Shown: positions 38,040 to 50,385 of the stretch, one piece after another
Numbering within the stretch: position 1 is the stretch's first letter
Layout of the letters: each line of letters opens with the position of its first letter
From: Narcine bancroftii
Lineage: Eukaryota
Direction: 5' to 3'
DNA length: 64,000 bases
NCBI RefSeq assembly: GCF_036971445.1
Contig: NC_091469.1
Location: forward strand, 396,552,001-396,616,000
The notes under the pieces: model-generated
What the model saw: only the letters and a program-made list of their open reading frames with translations
Databases searched by the model: none
What the model was told of the DNA's origin: nothing
Translations under genes and position numbers: made by a program

Positions 38040-38810
38040 CTTTTGTAATATTTTATTTATCATTTTAATATATTTAACAATCAACAATAATTCCAAATAT
38101 AAAACATCAAGAAAATCCTTCCCTCCACCCCCTTCCCTCTATATGTCTTATTAAACAGAGAAAAAAAAATGAAGAAAAAGAAAAAATAATCATCCATTAT
38201 CAGTGCATACAATAAAACATTTGGAGACACATTAATACCACAGTGTTTAAAATTTTTACAGAGGTCTACTGGCTAACCAGTAGCAATCGTAACTCTAGAT
38301 TGGCACCAGTGAGGTACCTATATGCTCTAACTAAGGCTGCCATATTTTTAGGAAGGTGTTCTATCTCTTCCTGAGATTGTATGTGATCTTTTCAAGTGGG
38401 ATGCAACTATTCATCTCTGAAGGCCACCTATCTATGTATAGATGGGAATCAGATTTCTATGTTACTGCAATTAATTTCCTGGCCACACACAAGGCAATTT
38501 CTGTGAATTTAATTTGAGAATTAGTTAGTAATCTACCAACTGTGGTAAAGTTCCCCAGAAGAAAAAAAAACTGGGTCGACTGGGAGGATGACTCTCGTGA
38601 TCTTAGTTAGGTTATCACAGAGGTCATACCAGAAGGGCCTCACCTTCGTGCAAAGCCAGGTAGAATGTAAAAAGGAACCACTTATATACCACACATAAAA
38701 ATAATCTTGGAGAAAGTTATAATGGATTAATTTATATCTGGCATTGATAGTAGCCATCAAACTTACCTGACACCGATCTGACTCTGGTCTTCCACTGACC
38801 TCACACATCA
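38040..38810 (-). mobile_element. L1/Tx1-like 3' fragment nested in CR1
   Basis: INARYKLIHYNFL, FLHSTWLCTKVRPFW and CIPLEKITYNLR motifs, with a T-rich tail at 38040-38080. Confidence 0.75.
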
Positions 38811-40639
38811 TTGCCCAAAAATAATTTATCCCAGTCCACGCATTCTAGATCCTTTCTCATTTTCTCAAAATTGCCCTTTCTCCAATTTAGAATCTTAACG
38901 AAGCCCAGACCTATCCTTTGGCATAATTAACTTGAAACTAATGGCATTATGATCACTGAATCCAAAATGTTCCCCTACACATACTTCTGTCACTAGTCAT
39001 GTCTCAATCCCTAATAGGAGATCCAATATTGCACTCTCTCTAGTTGGTACCTCTATATATTGATTTAGAAAACATTTCCTGAACACATGGCAAACTCCAA
39101 GCCATCCAGCCCTTTTACAGTATGAGAGTCTCAGTCAATATGTGGAAAATTAAAATCTCTTACTATCACAACCTTCGGTTTCCTGCAGCTGTCTGATATC
39201 TCTCTACAGATTTGCTCCTCCAATTCTCGCTATTGGGTGGTCTATATATGAGTGTGGTCATACCTTTCCCATTCCTCAGTTCCACCCATATAGCCTCAAT
39301 AGATGAGCCCTCTGGTCTGTCTTGCCTGAGCGCAGCTGTAGTATTTTCACTGACAGGCAATGCCACTCCTACCCCTTTCATTCCTTCTCTCTCCCCCCCC
39401 CCCCCCCCGATACTTTTTCGATCGCGTCTAAAGTAACGGAAGCTCAGAATATTGAGCTGCCAGTCCTCCCCTCCTGCAAACCAAGTTTCACTAATGGCCA
39501 CAATGTCATAATTTCACATGCCAATCAATGCTCTAAGCTTATCTGCCTTTCCGATAATACTCCTTGCATTGAAATCGATGCACCTGAGAACATTTTACTT
39601 GTTAACGCCTAATGGTGAATGCATTTTTAACATAATTTTTTCTCTTCTCTCCTCTATCTGCTCTGGCATTACCTCTGCTCCACTGGAGCAACACTTATAA
39701 ACATCCCATATCCCGTAAGGATATTGGTCCCTTCCAGTTAAGATTCAAACTGTCCTGTTGGAACAGGTCCCACCTTCCCTGGAAGTGAGCCCAATGATCC
39801 AGAAACCTGAAGCCCTCCCTTCTACACCATATCTTTAGCCACGTGTTAAGCTGCATTATCCTCCTATTTCTCAACTCACTAGTTCATGGCACAGGCTGCA
39901 TTCTAAAGATGACTCCTCTGGAGATCTTGACTTTCAACCTCACGCCTAACTCCCTGAACTCTCCTCACCCTTTCTACCCACGTCTTTGGTCCCTACATGG
40001 ACCACGACATTTGGCTGGTCACCTTCCCTCCTTAGAATGCAGTGAACTCAAACTGAGATATCTTGGATGCTGGCACCAGGGAGGCAACATACCATCCGGG
40101 ATGCTTGATCTCTCCCACAGAACCTCTTATCTGTCCCCCAACTATGGAATCTCTTATCACTATAAGCTCACCTCTTCTCCTCTCTTCCCTTCTTAGCCAC
40201 AGGACCAGACTCCATACCAGAGACCTAATCTCTGTGGCTTTTCCCTGGTAGGTCATTTTCCACCCCTCCACCAAAAAAAAACAGAATCCAAAATGGTATA
40301 CTTGTAATTGAGGGGGACGGCCACAGGAGTGCCTGTCTGTTCCCTCTCCCTCTTCTGACTGTCACCCATCTACCCTCCTCCTGCCTCCTGGTTATGGCAG
40401 TGTCCCTGTAACTCCAGTCTATCACCCCCTCTGGCTCCTGAATGATCTGGAGTTCATCCAACTCCAGTTCCATTTCCTGAACTCAAGTTGTCAGGAGCTG
40501 CAGCTGGCCCTGACAATCCAAATTTTGCAAGAGGAGCAAATGTCTTGGCTGCCATTCCCACTGTCTATAATTAGATGAACAAAATATATGATGTCTTTAA
40601 AAAAAAACCCCTGTACTTAACTGCTGAATCCTTTTTTGT

Positions 40640-41420
40640 TCCTTGAATAGAATGGCCTTTTTAGTTCATCTCCGACTATTATGTCTTGCATGTTCTTGCT
40701 GAAGTCTGTTGAACCAAAGCTTTACCACTCTGATTCAGCTGTTCTGTTCTCCTGCGGCCTACTATTTACTCTCTATGTCCTGTCTTGGTTTAGCTTGCCA
40801 AAGTGCAACCCCTCACATTTTAATTTTTAAATTAGACAGGCCCTTCTGGCCCACGAGCCCATGCCACTCAAATACCCCTATTAACCTACGTCCCCGGTAG
40901 GGTTTTGATGGTGGGAGAAACTGGAACACCTGGATGAAACCCCTGCTTTCATGGGAAGAACATGCAAGCTCCTTGCAGATAGTGCCCAATTCAAATGCTG
41001 TAATAGCATTGGACTAACCGTGCTGCACTGAATTAAACTCCATATGCTGTTCTTTGGCCCACTAGCCCTTATGAGTTTTAGATAATCTTCTTCCATACCA
41101 TTAATTTTGGTGTCATCTACAACTGTGCCTCCTATATTCTCACTCAAATCATTAATATAATTGAACAACTGGATCCACACTAATCTCTGTGGCAGAATAG
41201 GGTCTTCAGTCTGAAAAAATGTCCTCCAATATCACCTTCTATCTCTGTCCACCAAGCCAATTTTGTATCTAAGTGACTAGTCACCCTGAATCCTGTAATT
41301 TAACCTAAAAGTCTTACTATGCAGTACCTTGTCAAAGACCTTCCTAAGTTTATATAGGCAGCATCTACTTCTATGTCCACACCAAGCTTCTTGGTCATCT
41401 TCCAAAAAAACTTTGATATG
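40640..41420 (-). mobile_element. CR1 RT fragment with a nested V-SINE (about 40832-41025)
   Basis: IQLFNYINDL...DDTKI motif. The SINE block is homologous to 1612-1820. Confidence 0.65.
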
Positions 41421-41489
41421 AATGACTAAATAGTGGAACTCATTTAGTTAGTGAAATATAGTAAAATCCTTGATTTTCTTCTGTTACAG

Positions 41490-42073
41490 ATTCTGATGGT
41501 AGTGGGGAAAGTGCTGGTAAGGAGAGTGAAGAAGGTTCAGAGAGTGAGGGTGGACAAAATGGCAGTGAAGAAGATGCAGAACAAGATAGAAAGGATACCA
41601 CTGATGAAAAGATGGTTGAATGCAAGGATGATCAGGCAGAAGAACCTGATATCAAGGAACAAACTGAAAGCAAAACTGTTCAGAAAGCTAAAGAATCCAT
41701 TGACGATATTGCACCGGATGAGTCAAATGATGGGCAAAAGAAGTGGAATCTCCGTAAAAAGAGAACAATGCTGGATATGATTTCAGTGGAAGAATTGAAT
41801 GGGTTTGATGATTATGACAGTGAAGATGATAATGACTGGCGACCTTGTGGAAAAAAGAAAGGAAAAGGAGTAAATACTGATGATGGTGAGGAAGGTGGTG
41901 GGGAGGATGATATCAGTGACAGCGAAGAGGGCAATCCTGATGAAGAAGACAGCAGCAGTGCCAGTGAGGATGATAAGAGAATGAGAAGAAAAAATAGGCC
42001 ACCTAATCGAAATGCGGCGAAGACAGAAGGAACAAGTGATAGTTTTATTCTGTCACAGAACAAGAATTATGAG
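41490..42073 (+). CDS. PHF14: PHF14 exon 3 (584 nt, acidic low-complexity region)
   Basis: Acceptor ttttcttctgttacag| and donor GAG|gtaatt, phase 1 to phase 0, open throughout. Contains KKWNLRKKRTMLDMISVEELNGFDDYDSEDDNDWRP, matching PHF14 KKWNLRRNRPLLDFVSMEELNDMDDYDSEDDNDWRP. Confidence 0.95.
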
Positions 42074-43213
42074 GTAATTTGATTAGTGTTTACTCCAAAA
42101 GATAACTGTTCCCTGTTCAAATATCCATGAGCAAGATAATGTTAGAAAATGTATTAGAATATTTAAAAAAATATCCCAGTATCTGCATACAATCTGCATT
42201 CAGTCAGCCATTTTAGGAATATTTACCGAAGCACTTAAGTTTTATGAAGGTAGTTCATTATTAGAAGCAGTGGAATTTATCTTATTTGTTCAATTGTGAC
42301 TGAGTGGTTATAATCCAGAGATTTTACTTATCCATTTGCACATTCTGTTTGGGCTGTGTTAAGAATTCATTTTAAACAAGGTTTGATTCTTGTAATTTTT
42401 ATTATGATATAAAGAAGCTAATGTGCATTACTCATTTTTAAACTTTAATTAAAACTTTATCGGGAAATGAGCTGTTTATCATCCATGACTAAAACTGGAT
42501 CTTTAGAGCATGTGTTTTTGAGGTGTGCAAAATTCAATTTTACCCAGAACAGTTTGTGTTCAAGATCGCTTTGAAAGGAATACGAGTCTGATATGAAATT
42601 GGATTGACCACTTTGTGTGTAATACATTTTTGCTTCCCCGATCTTTTCCTGGCATCAGCCATGTATCCAATGTCACTCTTTGCGTAATGTCAATTTCTTC
42701 CCGTTAATGTCAATCAAAATTCCACAAAACAGAGTTTCAAAGGACCATAGTTTGCTTAACGTATGTGCTGATTTCACTGAGACTTCTTCAGCGACCTTGT
42801 AATTAGCTCTATTATTTCAGGCTGTCCTTTCACGGTACATCAGTGACCTTGAAGGCAAAAGTGCTTTCGCTTTAGGAGAGCCTGTGTCCAGAGGGTCTTC
42901 AGATATACCACATCCTCTCTAACCTCCGAAGCATTTGCAGGCTTAGATTTTCCATTGCTGTGGTCGCAATTATAAAAAAAAAATTTGTGGAGGATCCATG
43001 CTTCTCTGTTTGGACTGTTCTCTTGTCGTTCAAGGTGATGTTGATTTTCGACTTGAATAGTACAGGATCATTCACAACTTCAAATTCGCAGCAAGATGAT
43101 GTATCAAAAATGCTACTGAAGGCATTATTCACAAAGAATTGATGTCACCTTCTGAAATTTCATTGAGGTACTGTTTTCATGTTGGGCAGGGGATTTTCCA
43201 GTATTGATGGTTT

Positions 43214-45901
43214 TGTAGCCGGCTGGGTCAACAATGGGCCGAATTGCCATAGCGAACAGCAGGGCACAGGGGCTTCCCCCCCCCCCCACCCCTGCACAGA
43301 AGTTCCAGGCTGCAGGAGCGCATTGCCAGGGGAACGGCCAGGCCTCACACAGCATTATGACATCATTCGCGTGAGCATGCCACCTCCCCTAAAATGGAAC
43401 ATGTGTTTGAATAAACGGCAGTTACTCGTTTACTTGCTTCGTGTGGACAGCATTTATTTTAGCAGCTCTGCCTTTAGCAGTGCCACAGTGGTGACCTTGA
43501 ACAGGTTCTAAAGTTTTTAGAACCCACAACACGCAGCAAGATGAATCCTGCCAACTCGTCCACAGCCCATGCGGCTGCCACCAATGGATCTCCCGCAGTA
43601 GCTTACATAGTAAGTGTCTACTTGCCGTCATTCTGGGTAAACCAGCCATGCAGCTGGCTGTAAGTTACAGAATCACAGTTCGCTCTGTCCGGAATAACAG
43701 CCGAGGACATGAAGTTCTGGCACGTGGTCAGTTCCCTGGACCCTGCTACAACAGTGAAAGTCGCCCCGTTGGTCAACAACCCATCCGTGGTCAACAAGTA
43801 CACAATGTTTAAATAGTTTTTGCTTGAGTCATTTGAACTTAGCCAGCATGAATGGGCCGTTTGCGTGCTTAATACACAGGGCCTAGGTGATCGCAACCCT
43901 TTAGAGCTGATGCAGGAGCTAGTGGCCCTTGCAGACAGATACACAAAGAGCTTCCTGTTTGAGGCTCTGTTCCTTTCCAAGTTGTTGGTCCACATTGCCT
44001 CGGCCATCTCCAACATGGACTTTGGCGAACTGCACCTTGACCCCTGTCATTAGCGACAAATACCTTAGACCGGGCAGTGGGTGGATCACCAGTGGCACCC
44101 ACTCGATTTCTTCAGCAAACACCTCTGACCACCCGATCTGAAGTACAGCGTATTTGATTGCAAACTGTTGGCAATGTACCTGGCCATAACGCCAGTTCTG
44201 ATACATTCTTGAAGTCAGAGTGCCCACGGCCTTCATGGACCAGAAGCTGCTGGTGCAGGCACCGGGCAAAGTCTTGGACCCCTGGATGGTGAGGCAACAA
44301 TGGCACCTTTCGTACACCTGCCACATAGAAGGGAAGTCCAACGTGGTAGCAAATCCAATCCACCGACCTCAGAGGTGACAGGTGGCATTAACACACCCAA
44401 GACCGCCAGGGAACAGGCTGAAGATGCCCACACAGGCACACTGCACTGCTGTCACCAGCGTACAAATTGAGGAGTTTGTGCAAGACTCAGGAGGCCCAAC
44501 ACTCCTGTGCGATATGTCTATAGGCCACCCCAGACCAATCCTGGAGACGGTGGGTATTCAATCAAGTGCATGGACTCTCACCTTTCCATCCGGTCAACAG
44601 TCCGCCTCATTTTGGACAGGTTCGTATGACACTGGCTTTGGCACAAAATTTCACTTTGGGCAAAAACCTGTGTATGATGCCAGAGAGCCAAAGTCCATTG
44701 GCACACTAAAGGCCCAGTGCAACGTTTCCTTTCTGCAGTGGACAAGTTCGACCATGTGCACATGGAGATTGTAGGGCCCCTTCCCATCAGCCAGGGTATG
44801 AGGTACCTTTTCGCCATAGTTGACCGCTTTACTGCTGACCAGAGGTGGTGCCCATGCCGGCCTGCAACATGGAGACTAGTGCGAGAGCCTTTACCTCACA
44901 GTGGCTTGCACGTTTTGATGTCCCTTCCCGCATAACTTCGGACCGGGGAGCCAAGTTTAACTCTTCCCTCTGGGTGACCAAATTCTGCAACAGCCAGCTA
45001 CACCACAAAACCACCTACCACCCACAATCCAATGGGCTGGTAGAGCATTTTCACCACCATCTAAAAGTAGCCCTCAATTCACGGCTGCATGGACCCAACT
45101 GGATGGATGAATTCCCATTGGTCCTGGGCATTCGCACAGCACCTAAAGATGGCCTCCCCACCTCATTGATGCAAATGGTCTACGGCACACTGCTTTCCAT
45201 CCCAGGCAGCGTCCATTTTGGCTCCATGGACACCACCGACTGTCCTGGACGTCCTACAGTGTCTGAGGAACCACATCTCCTACCCATGTCCACATCCTAC
45301 CACTACCCATGGGACACGAACCAGCCACGTTCCACAAGAACCCAAAGCTGCGGACTTTGACTTTGTAAGATGGAGCAAACCAGGTACCCCCCTGCACTGC
45401 CCTTACGAAGGGCCTTTCAAGGTATTGAGAAGGGAGGGGGTTGTATATACTCTAGACATTCGAAGCAGACACAAAATGCTTACCGTTGATTGCGTCAAGA
45501 AAGCCGACTTGGACTGTTCAGAGCTTTACCCTGCCCCTACACTACAGTGCTGGGGGCACCTGCCCAATGACAATCTCCCAAACCTCATCCAAAGAGACTG
45601 TGATTCTGGAGTTGGGGAGGGCCTGTAGGGAGTGGTGCAGTGGGCCGGGTCAACCCCACACACAACTGGCCGAATTGTTGTAGTGAACAGCTAGTGCAGC
45701 AGGGCCCTGGGGCTTTCCCCCCACCATGCAGAAGTTCCAGGCTGGAGTGCGTTCTCAGGAGAATGGCCAGGCCTCTCAGCAGCATTATGACATCACTCCC
45801 GTGAGCCTGTCACCTCCCCTAAAAAGGAATAAATGGCAGTTACTGGTTTGCTTGGTATGGACAGCATTTATTTCAGCAGCTCTTCCTTTAGCAATGGTAG
45901 A
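43214..45901 (+). mobile_element. Gypsy LTR retrotransposon, internally deleted, both LTRs, 4-bp TSD (GTTT)
   Basis: LTRs 43214-43487 and 45624-45901. PBS TGGTGACC at 43489, PPT gttggggagggcc at 45611. GTTT at 43210-43213 and 45902-45905. gag, RNase H, integrase (ITSDRG, YHPQSNGLVE) and a GPF motif. Confidence 0.92.
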
Positions 45902-46489
45902 GTTTCTCGTAAGTGTAGACAACAATGTTATGTATTCATTGCCTGCAAGGGATCTAATCAAGTACAAGAAACTTTTCATAACCAAGAAAGCTTCCACTAG
46001 CTCATTGTGAAGCTTGTCCATCATAGGAATAATTTGTTGTTTAGTGTTTTCTTCCCAGGAAGCACAAGAAGGGAAGGAGTTACAAAGAGAGATTACAGTG
46101 TTATCAGTGGCCTGTATCAGACTTGGGATGCCCTGCAGTACATACTGAGCAGATAGAGAGATTTTATTGCTGTGTGGCGAATGATGCATCAGCAAAAAGT
46201 AATTACTTCAACCAGAATGAGAATAGCTAGAAGATGCAGAGCCTTGGGACCATGAGGTGTAATCTCCAGCAGAGCAGGACTAAGAGGAAGAAGGTGAATG
46301 ATATCTCTGAATCCAGGCCTCATTTCCAAGCTGATTAATACAGCAAGATGGGACTAGCCAACTGATCAATGCTTCCTATTAAATATGCCTGCAAATATTT
46401 TTTCTCAATACAAGCCAAATGGGCCTTGCCACCTTCCAGATTTCAAACCAACACAATGTTCAGATGGGAAGCTCTGTCCAAGAAGAATA

Positions 46490-46635
46490 GAGTTTGAAGA
46501 ATGGGAGAAATGGGGTTCATGTGGAGCAGGCGGGTGAGTGGACCTAAATGCATGGCCAGATCTGCTGTGATATTATTGAATGGTGAAGCAAGTCAGTGGG
46601 TTAGATGGCCCACTCCTCCTCTTTGTTCTTGTGCA
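46490..46635 (+). mobile_element. CR1 3' UTR fragment
   Basis: gatattattgaatggtgaagca...gatggcccactcctcct is homologous to 740-815. Confidence 0.6.
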
Positions 46636-48404
46636 AGCTCACATTCTACTTTGGAGGATGATGTGCACATGATTGATAAGTTCTGAATCCCTACTCTTTT
46701 CAGTGTTATTCCTGATTAATGGTGTTTTAAAACACTCATTTATTGCATACAGTAAACTTCCTGCATGTCTATTCTATAGGTTTAAAGTTAGCATGGATGG
46801 TGCAAAGATTTCATGAGGATAAAGTTTCTTTCTATATTGTTACAGTTGTGTGGAAATTCTGATACCTGGAGGATTCTTCTGTAGCTATCTAATGCCTTTA
46901 TGGTGGTTTGGCAGTTTTTTTGGTCTTTTCTGACTTGAATCACAGTGTCTAGGACTTGGATGAAGGCTTGTGGTAGCTGCCTGCCTTTCTCCTGTAGCCT
47001 GACTTTTCAATAGTTGTCAGAATAAATGTGGTTGCTTCATGCCTTTAAGAGCTGATGCCTTTTTCAGATTGGTGTCCAAATGATCCAAGTTGATTGAGCT
47101 TCTGATGGAGAACTATGGAGTTTTAATGTACATTTCTAAGTGTATGCTACCTGACTGCGAATTTCATTTTGTCTTGTTGGAAGCGAAATTAAGTTTTGAG
47201 CTCAACTAAGTAGTCAACTATGTGCTATTTTGTGCTTTCTTTTTAAATATTGAGAAAATATGTCATGGGTCCATAATCTCATCTTAAATTTCAACATGGA
47301 ATTAAGTGTTCTGCAAGAAGTACCTAAAATATGAGAATATGAAAGTATCATGTGAAGATTGTTTGCTTCTTATGCAGTCTAAGGTCAGATTTTAAAAAAA
47401 AAACTACCTGTGGCAGCAAGTTTCATGGGAAACATAAGTTTCTTTGGCTACCTTTTTGGCGTTATTAGCAACTGTATTATATTTATGTTAGAGATGGCCA
47501 ATTTTGTGAATTAAGTAACTGTTTACAATTTATGATTGTACATGAGTATGGGAAATTTTGCCAATAAAGTTCACATATGTTCTTCAGATGCTGTATAAAA
47601 GAAGACTTGCCTTATGTTATCCATCTCTTGTTTCAAAGTTTTACTCGGCATGTAGAGCTAAAGCATGGTCCCATCACACAGCACCATTACTGCTTGGGTT
47701 GAGATTTGAAAATCTGAATACAACATGAGGGCTGTTTGTTTATTTGTGGCTGATGTGATTAAAGACATGCTATTCCCAATTATTCTCTGAGATAATAGGA
47801 TAATTTCAATTATGGTGGCTATTATAATAGCTTGTGCTCATAATAAAATTGTTGCAATTTTCCTTGATGTAAAGTCATGTTATCTACACGTCAAGAAATG
47901 TATTGGGGAAAAATATAAATTACATTAATTTATTTGCAATGTTCACCTAAGTATGATACGGAGGTTGTTGATATTGGTTTATGTCTTTATGTTTTTAGTT
48001 CAATATTCTTCAAACATGTATATACGCTTTGCAATGAACCCATGTGGTAGAAATTATTCCTGCATTTCTTGATGACTACGTATGGCCTCTGGTTTTTTCA
48101 CCAGGCAAGTGGAAAATCTTTATGGCTATTCTGAGCCTCTTCAGAATTAAGGCCTTGTTGAGACTCTCAATCCTCTCATTTTGAGCGAGAGAGTTAATTT
48201 ACTGGTCCACTTTACTGGTCCACTTTAACTGATACATCATTGTCATTGAGAAATTTAGCACGGATGGAGCCCCTTTGACCTACTGACTCCCTGAAGATCA
48301 TCAGACAAGCATTTGTGTCCTAATCTTGCACTGACTCACTTAAATTTTCCCCACATTCCCATAAACCATTTGTCCTAACCACCAGGTTCTAAAACTTGCA
48401 CACA

Positions 48405-50180
48405 TTTACCATTACTTTTCACACCACTGATGCAAGACTCACTAGTCTGTAATTCCCTGGATTCTTCCTATTGCTTTTTTTTAAAACAAGGAGGCCACAT
48501 TTGCCATTCTCCAATTCTCCGGCACCTCCCCGTGCTCAAAGAGAATTCAAAGATCATAGACACTGCTCCAGCTATCTCTTCCCACAGCAACCTGAACTAT
48601 ATCGCTTCTGACGCCTGGGGCTTATCAATCTTAATGTTTTTCCAGCCCAGAAGCCTGTTCTATTCTGACCTCACCATTCCCAAGGTCCTTATGAATACTA
48701 AAGCAAAATATTAATTTAGCATCTCCCCAACGTATTCTGTCTCTAGGCACATGTTGCCTTCTTTATCCTTAAATGGACTCACCTTTATTCTTGTCATCTT
48801 TCTGTTTGTCACATACACATGGAATGCCTTGGGGTTCTCCTTAATCCAATTTGATAAGGCCTTCTCATACCCCCTTCAAACTCTCCTGTTTTTCTTGTTC
48901 CTTCCAGTCTACCATATAATTCTCATCAGCCCTTCCTGTTTCCTGCTTTCCAAATCTAATAAGCTGCCTCACCTGTTTTGTCAACCACAGTTGCCTTTTC
49001 GTACCATCTTTTCCCTGTCCCAATGGGGCAAATTTATCCTGAATCCTGTGCAAGTGGTCCCTAAACTTGCTCCACATCAGTTCTGTGCTTTCGCCCTTGA
49101 ACATTTGTTTCCAATATATTCGCTAGTTCCTGCCTCATCCCATCATAATTAGCCCTTTCCCTTTTAAACACTTTCCCATTTTGTCTGCTTTCATCCTTGA
49201 CCTCGGGGAGTTATGGTCACTCTCACTGAAGTGTTACATCAAGAGGCCCATTATCGCTAAATGGTTCTTGCCTTTCAGATGTAAGTTGCTCCTTTCTTTC
49301 ATAATTCCACCCACCCCCCCAACCCAGTAACTTGCCTGTTATTGAGGTTAAGCACATTGGTCTGTCGTTCCCAGGCTTATCCTTGAGGGCCTTTTTAAAT
49401 AAAGCCAGCATGGTTGGCGTAGTGGTTAGCACCTTTACACCTTTATAGTGCTAGCGGTCAGGATAGGGGGTTTAAATCCCACGCTGTCTGTAAGGAGTTT
49501 TTATGTTCTCCCCATGTCTGCGTGGGTTTTCTCTGGGGGCTTCGGTTTCCTCCCACCATTCAAAACTTACTGGGGGTGTAGGTTAATGGGGTATAAATAG
49601 GACAGCACAGACTTGTGGGCCAAAGCGGCCTGTTACCATGCTGTATGTCTAAAATTTAAATAAATTAGCCAGATTCCAGTCTTATAGCACTGTAACCATA
49701 CTTAACAGTAGTGCAAATATCTCTGCCATGGCTCCTGAAACTTCTCTAATTTTCCATAATGTCCGAGGATACACTTGGTTGGGGTTTTATCTACCTTTGT
49801 GCATTTTAACACTTCCATCACCTAATGTAGAGTCTTTTGAAATTATTTCCAGTTCCCTGGCTTTCTCAATGGTAAATGCAGATGTGAAGTACTTTATAAA
49901 GACCTCGACCATCTCCTGTTGCTGCATATGTAAATAGCTTTGATCTTCTTTATGGGCCTTTTTTTCTAATTACTCTTTTGCCTTTAATATAACTTGTGAA
50001 ACACTCAGGATTCTCCTTAACATTTTCTGCGAGTGCCATCCATGCCTTCATTTCCCTGTGAAGTGAACCCCTGCATTCTCTATACTGCTCATTTCATTTG
50101 TCTAAGTGAGGTATTCCTCCTTTTTTGTTAGTCGATGCTTAATATCTCTGGACAACTGATCTTGCTCGTCTTCCCTTCAA
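48405..50180 (-). mobile_element. CR1 ORF2 fragments
   Basis: ALFKK...DKPGNDRPMCLTSITGKLL and other decayed CR1 linker motifs. Confidence 0.7.
49404..49654 (+). mobile_element. V-SINE (HE1-like), near full length
   Basis: A-box tggcgtagtggttagc, B-box-like ggtttaaatccc, V-domain. Flanked by tttaaataaa on both sides. Confidence 0.85.
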
Positions 50181-50240
50181 AAGAAGGAGCATGCTTCTTT
50201 TATTTTTGATGAATATTCAATGTGTCCTTTTAATTTTTAG

Positions 50241-50385
50241 GATTCCTTTTTAACAGACAGAGACCAAAACTTCAGTTCTCAGAAAATGGACTTTGTACAG
50301 ATTTGCTGTGTATGTTTGGGAGATAACAGTGAAGATGCAGATGAAATTGTGCAGTGTGACAACTGTGGAGTAACTGTACATGAAG
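50241..50385 (+). CDS. PHF14: PHF14 exon 4 (145 nt, start of PHD finger 1)
   Basis: Acceptor taatttttag| and donor AAG|gtaagt. Encodes DSFLTDRDQNFSSQKMDFVQICCVCLGDNSEDADEIVQCDNCGVTVHE(G), the PHF14 PHD1 start. Confidence 0.97.

Larger units (their letters stand above)
35318..40560 (-). mobile_element. near full-length CR1 LINE (ORF1, endonuclease, RT, 3' UTR) with two L1 insertions
   Basis: In order on the - strand: ORF1 (LELDELQII, LIVIRDSIV), EN (AISETW, EAIWVELRN), KPPGPD, NLVEFFEE, GVPQESVLGP, SKFADDTK, then the CR1 tail at 35320-35400. Confidence 0.9.

Noticed and set aside
41451-41780. 109-aa Lys-rich ORF overlapping exon 3
   Set aside because: Alternative-frame by-product of purine-rich acidic codons. 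It starts in the intron and has no recognisable motif.
48198-48228. 13-bp tandem duplication tttactggtccac
   Set aside because: Ordinary slippage duplication with no further structure.
49404-49490. tRNA gene
   Set aside because: The A/B boxes belong to a SINE head followed by a V-domain and tail; no complete cloverleaf.
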